The notes beneath the pieces are model-generated. The model made no database searches. It was given only the letters and a program-made list of their open reading frames with translations, and had not been told where the DNA came from. 64,000 nucleotides of DNA from Candidatus Melainabacteria bacterium 17Bon1m (lineage in GTDB: Bacteria; Cyanobacteriota; Vampirovibrionia; Obscuribacterales; Obscuribacteraceae). This document shows, piece after piece, positions 1 to 8,938 of this stretch; position 1 is the stretch's first letter, and each line of letters opens with the position of its first letter. The stretch covers positions 64,001 through 128,000 of the forward strand of contig JAVLKG010000004.1 in NCBI GenBank assembly GCA_032128875.1. The letters are read 5' to 3'. The position numbers and the translations under genes are program-made.

Positions 1-143
1 GCTTGAGCTACAGCCTGGCGAACTTGAATCAGGTTCGACTGGAGGTCTTGATAGGTTTGTTCCAGCATTATCTGGGGATCTTCCATTCGTCCCAGCAAGG
101 CGTTGAACATAGCCTTCACTAAGTTGGCTAGCCTGTCGAACAT
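1..143 (-). CDS. pspA: PspA/IM30 (Vipp1) family protein, 5' part; runs off the window edge
   Basis: Manual translation from ATG at 143 gives MFDRLANLVKAMFNALLGRMEDPQIMLEQTYQDLQSNLIQVRQAVAQ, the typical PspA/Vipp1 N-terminus (FDRL...EDP..LEQ...D....L.Q.RQAVA). Confidence 0.9.
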   Translation of the reverse strand, partial: MFDRLANLVKAMFNALLGRMEDPQIMLEQTYQDLQSNLIQVRQAVAQ

Positions 144-483
144 GTGCTGATAACTCCTTTTTACTGGCTTCTATTTGAACTGGACCGGTTTTGCGCCCGT
201 TGTTGCCAATAATTGGTCGCAAAGGCCTTTGAATAATATGGATTAAATGTAGTGTAGCAAAGTCACACTTAACCTTATGCCCCATTTTCAGACTATCTGC
301 GCCCTGGCAACCTGGTATGTCCACGGGACCTGCCAAGATTTTTAGGACGTGATGACGATTTTGTACCCGTCAAGCCGTCACCTGGCACTTTTAGCCTTCC
401 TTACTGTCTAGTCTGGGGTACGCTACTCCTTAAGACTCAGGTGACAAATTTTGGTTTCTACAGGTCTCGATAGATTTCGAATT

Positions 484-801
484 ATGAAAGACACAGATAA
501 AGCATCATCCGGGCCAAGCGGCTTTCAACGCAATATGTTTGTCGTCTCTGACTTGGTTCTGGGCGCGGCGCTGCTTGTTCTGCTTGGAATGTGGGCTGGC
601 AACTTTGCTGATGACAAGCTGCATACGGCCCCGTGGGGCTCGATCGGTTTGTCGCTTCTGGGAGCTGGGCTGGGCTTGTGGCGCATGGTCAAGAAGGCCA
701 CTTCGCTCGACACCCCCGGCACTCCGGCAGGCGCCAAGCCGATTCCATTCAAAAATGACTATGAAAATGACTATGACGCGGAAGATGAGAAAAAGAGTTA
801 A
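484..801 (+). CDS. AtpZ/AtpI-family (ATP synthase gene 1) small membrane protein
   Basis: Two hydrophobic helices around G...D.KL.T.PW; first gene of the atp cluster; ATG at 484. Confidence 0.8.
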   Translation: MKDTDKASSGPSGFQRNMFVVSDLVLGAALLVLLGMWAGNFADDKLHTAPWGSIGLSLLGAGLGLWRMVKKATSLDTPGTPAGAKPIPFKNDYENDYDAEDEKKS

Positions 802-1010
802 CTCAGATAGTTAAGGTTCTGTGTGGGGCGTCCAGTCGCGTAAATGTCATCTGATATTATTCATCTCCAGTGCGCTTCCTCTTTGGAAACCGCGCCGGAC
901 CGGCTCAGTGTGAACAATTCGCGTTGATAAGAGTAATTGTCATAGCGCATATACCGCTGAAATAGCCGTTAGACATATCCCACATCATTTCAAAGAACCC
1001 GGAATAAGAG

Positions 1011-1775
1011 ATGCTCGGACAAAATTTGCCCCTCAAGGAAGTTGTACATGACGCCTCGTGGCTTTCTGAGCCATTTCTAGGAGTACCGCAGCTGGGCACT
1101 TACGGTGACATCCACATCGATACCCTGGTTACTAGCTGGCTCTGCATGGGCTTCATTCTCACCTCATGCGCGCTCATCGTGCCTGCGATGACAAATAAAG
1201 GAGCTGGTTCGAACGCTCAGCAAGTTCTGGAAATGATTTATACGTTCGTTGAAGACCTTATCAAGGGTTTGATGGGTCATCATTACAAGAAATATTTGCC
1301 GCTTATTGCAGCAATCTTTATGTTTGTATTAACGGCGAATTTCATCGGAGTTGGCCCCTGGCTCGCGTTGGAGCACTGGGCACCTCAAATGGGAATTACC
1401 TGGCCGCATGTCGACCATAAACCATTCGAAATTTGCTCGCCAACCACTGATTTCAACGTCACTTTCGGGCTCGCGTGCATCTCACTCATCGTCTATGTAG
1501 TCTCCGGATTCATGGCTCACGGTGCGGGTTATCTCAAGCTTTACCTCAACCCGATTGAGTGGATGGACCTCATCATTCGCCCAGCCACACTGGCTCTTCG
1601 TCTTATGATGGTTATCACCGCAGACGAGTTGATGCGTGCTGCAGCAATCGGAATGGTCCCAGCGCTTGTACCTACTGGCGTTATGGCGTTCGAACTCTTT
1701 ATCGGTGTGATTCAAGCGTTCGTATTCGCGCTTCTCACCTCGATCTACATCGGTTTGACTCTGGAACATCACTAA
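1011..1775 (+). CDS. atpB: F0F1 ATP synthase subunit a
   Basis: Multi-TM protein with PTTDFN, LALRL..ITADEL and IQAFVFALLTSIYI motifs; operon position. Confidence 0.95.
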   Translation: MLGQNLPLKEVVHDASWLSEPFLGVPQLGTYGDIHIDTLVTSWLCMGFILTSCALIVPAMTNKGAGSNAQQVLEMIYTFVEDLIKGLMGHHYKKYLPLIAAIFMFVLTANFIGVGPWLALEHWAPQMGITWPHVDHKPFEICSPTTDFNVTFGLACISLIVYVVSGFMAHGAGYLKLYLNPIEWMDLIIRPATLALRLMMVITADELMRAAAIGMVPALVPTGVMAFELFIGVIQAFVFALLTSIYIGLTLEHH

Positions 1776-1837
1776 GGTTTTTGCTGACAAATTCAGCTGA
1801 AAGCCTGATGGACAGTGGCTCTGAAAAATCAAAACGG

Positions 1838-1867
1838 CGAGCTTTTCTCTTGAAAAGCTCGTTTTTT
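1838..1867 (+). terminator. Intrinsic terminator after atpB
   Basis: CGAGCTTTTC-TCTT-GAAAAGCTCG perfect 10-bp stem followed by TTTTTT. Confidence 0.7.
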
Positions 1868-1979
1868 CGCATGTATTCGGGGTTTCGCGCGCCTTTCACC
1901 ATGAATGGAAATTTACCTGGCGTACCCGTTGACGACCCCGAAAACCGCATAGATTCGACAAAAACGTCAGATCACCTCT

Positions 1980-1988
1980 TGTTATAAT
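1980..1988 (+). promoter_or_regulatory. Extended -10 promoter element upstream of atpE
   Basis: TG-T-TATAAT, a consensus extended -10, in the atpB-atpE intergenic region. Confidence 0.55.
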
Positions 1989-2129
1989 TTGGGCTGGTTC
2001 GATTGGTTCGTTCCAAGCGAATGCGCTCACGTTCTCACAATTTTGTGAATCGAACGAGGACAACCAATTTTTTAGTACGGCGTAAGCCTGGCTAAGTAGT
2101 CAAAAAAACAGACGTTAAGGAGATCAACT

Positions 2130-2420
2130 GTGGACCACACACTCATTGCCCAAGCTGGAACAGCAGCTGTTGACAGCACAACCATGATCAAAGCAGCAGC
2201 TTTGGTTGGTTCTGGCATCGCCGCAGTCGGCGTAATCGGACCTGGTATCGGTATCGGCGTAGCCGGTTCTAGAGCTCTGGAAGGCATGGCACGTCAACCT
2301 GAAATGGCCCAAAAGCTCTTGGTTAACGCCATCATCATCGCCGCCCTCATGGAAGCTCTCGGTCTTTTGGCATTCGTTATCGCCATCCAGCTCTTCCAAT
2401 TCGGCAGCAAAGTTGGCTAA
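2130..2420 (+). CDS. atpE: F0F1 ATP synthase subunit c
   Basis: GPGIGIG glycine stripe, ARQPE loop, carboxylate in LMEAL; AAGGAG RBS before the GTG. Confidence 0.96.
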   Translation: MDHTLIAQAGTAAVDSTTMIKAAALVGSGIAAVGVIGPGIGIGVAGSRALEGMARQPEMAQKLLVNAIIIAALMEALGLLAFVIAIQLFQFGSKVG

Positions 2421-2439
2421 AAAACGGCACTTGTGTTGA

Positions 2440-2460
2440 ACGGCCTGTCAGGCAGGCCGT
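2440..2460 (+). other. GC-rich hairpin 3' of atpE (possible mRNA-stability element)
   Basis: ACGGCCTG...CAGGCCGT inverted repeat with no U-tract. Confidence 0.45.
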
Positions 2461-2540
2461 CCGCGATCGAGTGAACATACCGATTTTCCCGATTTATTCG
2501 GGTATCTCATTCAGGAATTCCATTTAGGAAACAGGACGAA

Positions 2541-3017
2541 ATGTTCGAGTTAAACGGCACTTTCATCATCTTTATCGCCAGCTTTCTTGTTTTCATGTTC
2601 TTGCTCAACGAGATCATGCTCAAGCCGGTTGGCAAAGCAATTGCAGATCGCAAGGCACTCGTAGCCGAGCACCTTGAGGTCAGCAAATCGAGCCGCCTCA
2701 AAGCGGAGTCCGAGCTTGTCGCTCACCAGGACAAAATCAACAGTGCCCGCCACGAAGCGGCGGGTGTTCGCAACGAAGCAGCTGTGGCAGCACAGAAGAT
2801 TCGTGACGAGAAGTTGAAGAATGTCCAGGACCAGGGACGCAAAAAGCTCGATGCAGCCAAAACAGATTTGGTTGCCGAGAAGAAAGCGCTCGTTGAAGGT
2901 CTTGTCGATCAAGAGCTGGAGTTGGTCAATTCAATCTCCAAGAAGCTTTTGGGCGAATCGGCCAAGACCAATGTTGATCGCGAAAAGGTTCGCAAAGTTC
3001 TCGAGGAAGTCTGCTGA
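2541..3017 (+). CDS. ATP synthase subunit b'
   Basis: N-terminal TM (FELNGTF...LLNEIMLKPV) followed by coiled coil; lies between c and b. Confidence 0.88.
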   Translation: MFELNGTFIIFIASFLVFMFLLNEIMLKPVGKAIADRKALVAEHLEVSKSSRLKAESELVAHQDKINSARHEAAGVRNEAAVAAQKIRDEKLKNVQDQGRKKLDAAKTDLVAEKKALVEGLVDQELELVNSISKKLLGESAKTNVDREKVRKVLEEVC

Positions 3018-3667
3018 TGTATCTCTTTGCTGCTCAAGTTGAAACTCACACGCCTGATGTCGAAGAGACACACGCAAGTGAAGCTGCACCCACAAATGCT
3101 GAACATAATGAAGGGCACGGAGCTGGTCATGAAGCTGGGCTTTTCGATAACAACTTCATCAACTGGCTTTTGCTGCTCGCTTTCCTGGGTTGGTTGATTC
3201 AGAAAAATATGCCCCCGCTTTTCAAAGCTCGTCGCGAATCGATTGACAATGAGATTAGCGCCGCACAACAAGCCAAAGACGAAGGCATCGCTTTTCTTGA
3301 AGAACAACGCAAGAAGCTGGCCAATGTCGAGGAAGAAACCAAGAAAATTCTTGCCGACGCCAAGACTGCCGCTCAGCAAACTGCATCATTGATTGAAGAG
3401 CAGACCTCGAAAGAGATGGCTGAATTGCTCGTCAAATTCGAGGCTTCGATTCAAAACGAAAGACAGCTTCTCGTCACCGAAATGCGCTCTGCAGTCGTAA
3501 AAGCGGCTGTGGCAATTTCGGAAGAGCAATTGCGTCACCAAGTCAATGACAAAGTGAAAGACGAATTGCTCACCAAGTTCATGTCTGAGCTCGACACCAT
3601 CGCTAGTACCGGAGAAAGCTTCGAGCCGGGAAAGCTTGAGTCGGCCGCCCACAGCAGAAACAACTAA
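3017..3667 (+). CDS. atpF: ATP synthase subunit b with His/Glu-rich N-terminal extension
   Basis: NFINWLLL TM, R...I..EI..A motif, coiled coil; TGATG coupling to b'. Confidence 0.9.
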   Translation: MYLFAAQVETHTPDVEETHASEAAPTNAEHNEGHGAGHEAGLFDNNFINWLLLLAFLGWLIQKNMPPLFKARRESIDNEISAAQQAKDEGIAFLEEQRKKLANVEEETKKILADAKTAAQQTASLIEEQTSKEMAELLVKFEASIQNERQLLVTEMRSAVVKAAVAISEEQLRHQVNDKVKDELLTKFMSELDTIASTGESFEPGKLESAAHSRNN

Positions 3668-3681
3668 AGGAGACTTGTCGG

Positions 3682-4233
3682 ATGAGAACGGAACTGCAGG
3701 GAGTAGCGGCGCAATACGCTGAAGCTGCGCTCGATCTTGCATCTGCCGCCGGTGGTAATACCGCCGATGCTGTCGGCGACGATCTGCAATTGATCAATCA
3801 GTTGCTAGAACAAAATCGTCAGTTTGCCACAGTGCTCGAACTTCCTTCTGTCAATGCAGAAGAAAAGAAGGCGCTCCTGAAAGACATATTTAAGGGCAAA
3901 GTAAATGAGCTGACCTTGCGTCTGCTCGACCTGCTTGCCGACAAGCGCAGGCTGGAAATTTTGGGACCACTTGAGCATCAATATAGAGAGTTGCTCAATA
4001 AGAAGAACAATCTGGTTTCGGCAAGTCTCGTCAGCTCGGAAAAACTGAGCGACCAGGCAATTGCCAATATCAAAGCGCGTTTGACCGAGCACCTCGGCAA
4101 GCGTCTGGAATTGGAAGTGAATGTAGACCCTTCGCTTATCGGTGGAGTAGTACTTCGCCTTGGCGACCAAGTAATTGACGGCAGCCTCAAAGGGCAGTTG
4201 AAAGCAATAGAAAAAGCCTTATTGGCTGTGTAA
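3682..4233 (+). CDS. atpH: ATP synthase F1 subunit delta
   Basis: YAEAAL and VDPSLIGGVVLRLGDQVIDGSL motifs. Confidence 0.96.
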   Translation: MRTELQGVAAQYAEAALDLASAAGGNTADAVGDDLQLINQLLEQNRQFATVLELPSVNAEEKKALLKDIFKGKVNELTLRLLDLLADKRRLEILGPLEHQYRELLNKKNNLVSASLVSSEKLSDQAIANIKARLTEHLGKRLELEVNVDPSLIGGVVLRLGDQVIDGSLKGQLKAIEKALLAV

Positions 4234-4269
4234 ACCAAAAGAGAAACTAAAAGAGGTTCAAAGAAGACC

Positions 4270-5793
4270 ATGGCAATCAAGCCCGATGAAATCACATCCA
4301 TCTTGAAAGCGCAGCTGGATAAGTACCAAGCGTCGCTCAACGTCAGCAACGTTGGTAGCGTGCTTCAGGTAGGCGACGGTATCGCCCGCGTATACGGCAT
4401 GGAAAAGGCGATGTCCGGCGAGTTGGTCGAGTTTGCCGATGAAGACAAAACATACGGCATGGTTCTCAACCTTGAAGAAGACAACGTCGGTGTCGTTATT
4501 CTCGGCGAGGGCAGGAAAATTCGTGAAGGCATGGAAGTGCGCACGACAGGCCGCATCGCCTCGACACCGGTTGGCGAAGCAATGCTCGGTCGTGTTGTAA
4601 ACGCGATTGGTCTGCCAATCGACGGCAAAGGACCAATTGCCACCACTGAATACCGTCCGATTGAAATTAAGGCACCTGGTATCGTCGCCCGCCAGTCGGT
4701 TTGCGAACCGCTTATGACCGGCATCTCCGCTATCGACGGCATGATCCCAGTCGGTCGTGGACAGCGCGAACTTATCATCGGCGACCGTCAGACCGGTAAG
4801 ACCGCTATCGCTATCGATACGATCTTGAACCAGAAGAATCAGCCCAACCGCCCGATTTGCATCTACGTTGCAATCGGTCAAAAGGAATCCAACGTCGGTC
4901 GTATCGTCAAAATTCTCGAAGAGCATGGCGCGATGGAATACTCCATCATCGTTGACGCTTCGGCAACAACCGCACCGGCACTGCAATTCTTGGCACCGTA
5001 CACCGGCGCATCGCTCGGCGAATACTTCATGCACAAAGGTCAACACGCTCTCAACGTGTACGACGATTTGTCGAAGCACGCCGTTGCCTACCGCGCAATG
5101 TCGCTCCTGCTCCGTCGTCCGCCAGGTCGTGAAGCTTATCCGGGTGACGTATTCTACTTGCACAGCCGCTTGCTGGAACGCGCCTCGAAGCTCTCAGAAA
5201 AACTCGGCGGTGGTTCGCTCACAGCTTTGCCGATCATCGAAACCCAAGCCGGTGACGTATCTGCATACATCCCGACCAACGTTATCTCCATCACCGACGG
5301 TCAAATCTTCCTTGAAACAGATTTGTTCTACGCCGGTGTCCGTCCCGCTATCAACGCAGGTATCTCGGTTAGCCGGGTAGGTGGTGCCGCTCAAACCAAA
5401 GCCATGAAGATGGTTGCCGGTAAGCTGCGTCTCGACCTTGCGCAGTTCAGAGAATTGGAAGCATTCGCACAGTTCGCTTCCGACCTCGACAAAGCAACGC
5501 AAGATCAAATCCGCCGCGGTCAAAAATTGACCGAAGTATTGAAGCAACCGCAATTCCAGCCGCTGTCCTTGGCTCAGCAAGTCTCCATCATCTACGCCGC
5601 CAACAACGGCTTGCTTGATGACATTGAGCAAAAGGATATTCAGAAGTTCAAAGGCGAATGGTTCAAGTTCCTCGCTGCCCAGTCGAAAGATCTGGAAGGC
5701 AAGATCAACTCGGGCGACAAGCTGACTAAGGAAGACGAAACCGCCCTCACCGACGCAATCAAGAACTTCAAGACCAACTTCTTCAATAAGTAG
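4270..5793 (+). CDS. atpA: ATP synthase F1 subunit alpha
   Basis: GDRQTGKT P-loop, [27 protein letters not shown]. Confidence 0.99.
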   Translation: MAIKPDEITSILKAQLDKYQASLNVSNVGSVLQVGDGIARVYGMEKAMSGELVEFADEDKTYGMVLNLEEDNVGVVILGEGRKIREGMEVRTTGRIASTPVGEAMLGRVVNAIGLPIDGKGPIATTEYRPIEIKAPGIVARQSVCEPLMTGISAIDGMIPVGRGQRELIIGDRQTGKTAIAIDTILNQKNQPNRPICIYVAIGQKESNVGRIVKILEEHGAMEYSIIVDASATTAPALQFLAPYTGASLGEYFMHKGQHALNVYDDLSKHAVAYRAMSLLLRRPPGREAYPGDVFYLHSRLLERASKLSEKLGGGSLTALPIIETQAGDVSAYIPTNVISITDGQIFLETDLFYAGVRPAINAGISVSRVGGAAQTKAMKMVAGKLRLDLAQFRELEAFAQFASDLDKATQDQIRRGQKLTEVLKQPQFQPLSLAQQVSIIYAANNGLLDDIEQKDIQKFKGEWFKFLAAQSKDLEGKINSGDKLTKEDETALTDAIKNFKTNFFNK

Positions 5794-5799
5794 AGAAAA

Positions 5800-6681
5800 A
5801 TGGCAAACCTAAAAGCAATTAGAAACCGAATCAAGTCGGTGCAATCTACGCAAAAAATCACCAAAGCCATGAAGATGGTGGCGGCGGCTAAAGTGCGTCG
5901 GGCACAGATGAAGATGATGGCGGCAAGACCGTTTACGCAAGCCGTTGTCGGCATGCTCAAGCGGGCAGTGTCGGAAATCGCTGAAATCGATTTGCAAGGC
6001 TTGCAGCTTCTAGAAAGACGGCCAATCAAAACGGTTGCAGTGATCATTCTGTCGTCAGACCGCGGCTTGTGCGGCGGCTACAACAGCGTCATCTTCCGTG
6101 AAGCGATGATTCGCATCAGGCAACTTCAAGAAGAAAAGAAAGAAGTCAAACTCATTCTTATCGGATTGAAAGCAGCGGCGTTCTTCAAATCAATCAAGAT
6201 TGAAAAAATCAAGCAACACACCAACCTGCCGGCGATCCCGACGGTTGAAGTGGCCCGATTGATTGCGCAAGAAGCTGCCGACCTCTACGTCGAAAAGAAA
6301 GTCGACGCAGTGGAATTGATAGGATCAGACTTCATCAACCTCTTGCGCTCGCGAGTCATCAATACGAAAGTCTTGCCAATCGAACTGCCTGCCAGAGAAG
6401 AGACCGGAATGCCTTCTGCAGAAACCCTCTTCGAGCCTTCGATCATCGATGTTATGCGCCTAGAGCTTCTGCCGAAATACATGGAAAACGTAATCTTCCA
6501 AGGCTTGCTCGAAGCATCTGCTTCCGAGTTGGCTGCCCGGATGAACGCCATGACGAACGCGTCCAATAACGCTCGCGACCTGATTTCCAGCCTCACTTTG
6601 GAATACAACAAAGCTCGTCAGGCTGGTATCACGCAAGAACTATTGGAAATCGTCGGCGGCGCCGAAGCGCTCAAAGGCTAG
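5800..6681 (+). CDS. atpG: ATP synthase F1 subunit gamma
   Basis: [42 protein letters not shown]. Confidence 0.98.
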   Translation: MANLKAIRNRIKSVQSTQKITKAMKMVAAAKVRRAQMKMMAARPFTQAVVGMLKRAVSEIAEIDLQGLQLLERRPIKTVAVIILSSDRGLCGGYNSVIFREAMIRIRQLQEEKKEVKLILIGLKAAAFFKSIKIEKIKQHTNLPAIPTVEVARLIAQEAADLYVEKKVDAVELIGSDFINLLRSRVINTKVLPIELPAREETGMPSAETLFEPSIIDVMRLELLPKYMENVIFQGLLEASASELAARMNAMTNASNNARDLISSLTLEYNKARQAGITQELLEIVGGAEALKG

Positions 6682-6713
6682 TTCGACCTGGTCTGGAAAA
6701 ATCATCAATGCAT

Positions 6714-6886
6714 ATACAGCGAAATTCTCGAGAATTTCGCTGTATCGCTTTTTTGAGTAAGTGTGCACTGGTGGGCTTTTGCGGCTATATTAATTTCGGA
6801 GCGAAATTTGCGTCCAAGAAAAATCGCCACAGGTTGGGGTTTCAAGGCTCTCAGGCACAGCGAAAAACTCGAGAATTTCGCTGTAT
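6714..6886. repeat. Duplicated long palindrome downstream of atpG
   Basis: Perfect 32-bp palindrome ATACAGCGAAATTCTCGAGAATTTCGCTGTAT at 6714-6745 and a near-identical copy at 6857-6886. Confidence 0.85.
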
Positions 6887-7090
6887 CTGAGTGAGCTGGG
6901 TTTGCTCACCACAGACCTTAATTGAATGCTTCGTTCTCTCATTGAATTTCTTGCTCGGCGCGCTGATAGTTCCAAGAGCAGATAAAATGCCGCCAATATT
7001 TGCCATCTGTAGCCGAATAACGCCGCCCGATGGCTAAAAACCTTGATCCTGCCAATGTTTTACTGGGCTGCCAATGGCTATAATCTTGGA

Positions 7091-8931
7091 ATGACAATGA
7101 CAGTAAATATGCCAAACCTCAAAATAGATATCCAACCGGCTCAAGCTGATGCCGGTAGCCAAACTGTCCAGACGGACCCAGCCGAGATTGCTGCGGCAAT
7201 GGCTTGTGTGTTTGCTGTTTTAAAATCGCGAGGATTGGTCCAGAGCGAACCAGAGACTCAGCGCGAGTCTAACTGGGGATTTGCGTCAAAACTCGAGGCA
7301 ATCGGGGAAGCCGAGGTCAAAGAGAGCCCGGTAAGAACCGCTAGCAACCGTACTCGAAGCAATTGGTGGACCGCTAGAAGCGCGCTTCTGTCTGCCATCA
7401 CAGCACTGTCAGGCGTTTTTTTTTACCTAGCGTAGCCATCGCTGCTAACGATAATGCAAATGATTTGAATGTCGCGTCGGCTCTACCTGTCGCGCCCTCT
7501 GTTTCTGCAGATGCCTCTCCTTCGGCCGCCGCTTCGCCCTGTACCACGACCCTTTCTGCACCGTTTGCGAAATCAGCGTCGGAAGTAATTAATAGCTTGC
7601 CATCGTATCCGGTGAGTCAAATTGTGCCTTCTCGCTCGGGACAAGTAATAAGAGTTCTCCTGAGCCGCTCGTCTAAAACCCCTGACATAGCCATGATCGA
7701 CGGAGCCAGTATCGTAAATCTCGCGACCATGCAACCTGCGTTCAATGTTGCGGCCGGCAGTAGATTTCAACTGAAGTGCGAGAACAAACGTCTGGTTTTC
7801 TCTGGCGCAGATCAGTTTTGCCTCGCGCAGGCGCCCAGTACAAGCGCCATCCGCCAAGTTGTAGCTATGGCTCCCAGAGTGCTGCCGCCTCTTTCCGGGT
7901 TCCAGCCAAACGGAACAGTACTGAACAAGTTTTCTCTGGCTTTTGATGTTCCGCAACCAAAATTGAACCCTGGCAAGCCTTCCTCTTTGACGCCAGAAAC
8001 CGCCACTGTCGCTCCTCCAGCGCCGAAAGGTGGAATAAAACCGGTCGGCTATTTGGTCGTTCCTCAAGTCAAAGATGGTCTGCTTTCCTATAACGGTCGA
8101 GTATATAGGGGCGCTATCTGGTTTAAGCCTGTGGCAATAGCCGGTGGCGAAGTTTCATTCCAGGCGATCAATTTGGTTGATTTGGAAGATTATTTACTGT
8201 CCGTCGTTCCTTCTGAAATGCCCACAACCTGGCACTTGGAGGCAGTCAAAGCGCAAAGTATTGCCGCCCGCTCGTATGCAGTTGCTAACTACTGGAAGAA
8301 CGAACGAGAAAACTACGATTTGAAAGATACGACAGACGACCAGGTCTATCTCGGTGTCGAAAGCGAGACAGCATCAGGAAATCGCGCTTGTGATGAAACT
8401 TCCGGCATTGTTTTGAAGCACAATCAAAAGGTAATTTCTGCCTTCTTCCATAGCACCAGTGGCGGTGCTACAGAAGCGGGCGAGAATGTTTGGGGAAAGG
8501 AAATTCCATACGTCCAGCCCGTTGTCGATTACGATGACAACTCCCCTCACTTTTCTTGGCAGCGTCGTTTCACAATCGATCAGGCAGAGAAGGCTTTTGG
8601 ATTAAAGCAGGGTACGCTGCTATCTATCCATCCGTTTTGGAAGGTAGCTTCCAACCGTGTGCGGCAGGCGGCGGTTGTGTCAGTCGATAACACCACACTG
8701 GTTTCGGGAGAGCGTCTCAGGCAAGTGTTTAAGCTGCCCAGCTCCATTTTTAATGTGTCGTTTGAAGACGGAAGTTACATATTCGCCGGACGCGGCTTTG
8801 GCCACGGGCTTGGCATGTCTCAATACGGCGCCAGAACTCTTGCAGAAAGTGGCTATAATGCAGCCCAGATACTATCCTATTACTATAGGGATGTTTCGGT
8901 GGAGTACCTGAACAGGTCTCCTGGCATTTGA
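7091..8931 (+). pseudogene. SpoIID/LytB-domain lytic transglycosylase-like gene split by a frameshift in a T9 run (7416-7424)
   Basis: The 3' ORF has INLVDLEDYLLSVVPSEM, EAVKAQSIAARSYA and GRGFGHGLGMSQYGA. Its frame is open from 7378, and one extra T joins it to the 5' ORF. Confidence 0.75.
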
Positions 8932-8938
8932 GGTCCAA

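Noticed and set aside
2130-2420. Na+-coupled ATP synthase
   Set aside because: Subunit c lacks the Gln, Ser/Thr and Tyr of the Na+ signature (GIGIG, MEALGLL), consistent with H+ coupling
4258-5163. 301-aa antisense ORF over atpA, and similar shadow ORFs throughout the window
   Set aside because: Explained by codon bias of well-conserved genes on the opposite strand; no recognisable motifs
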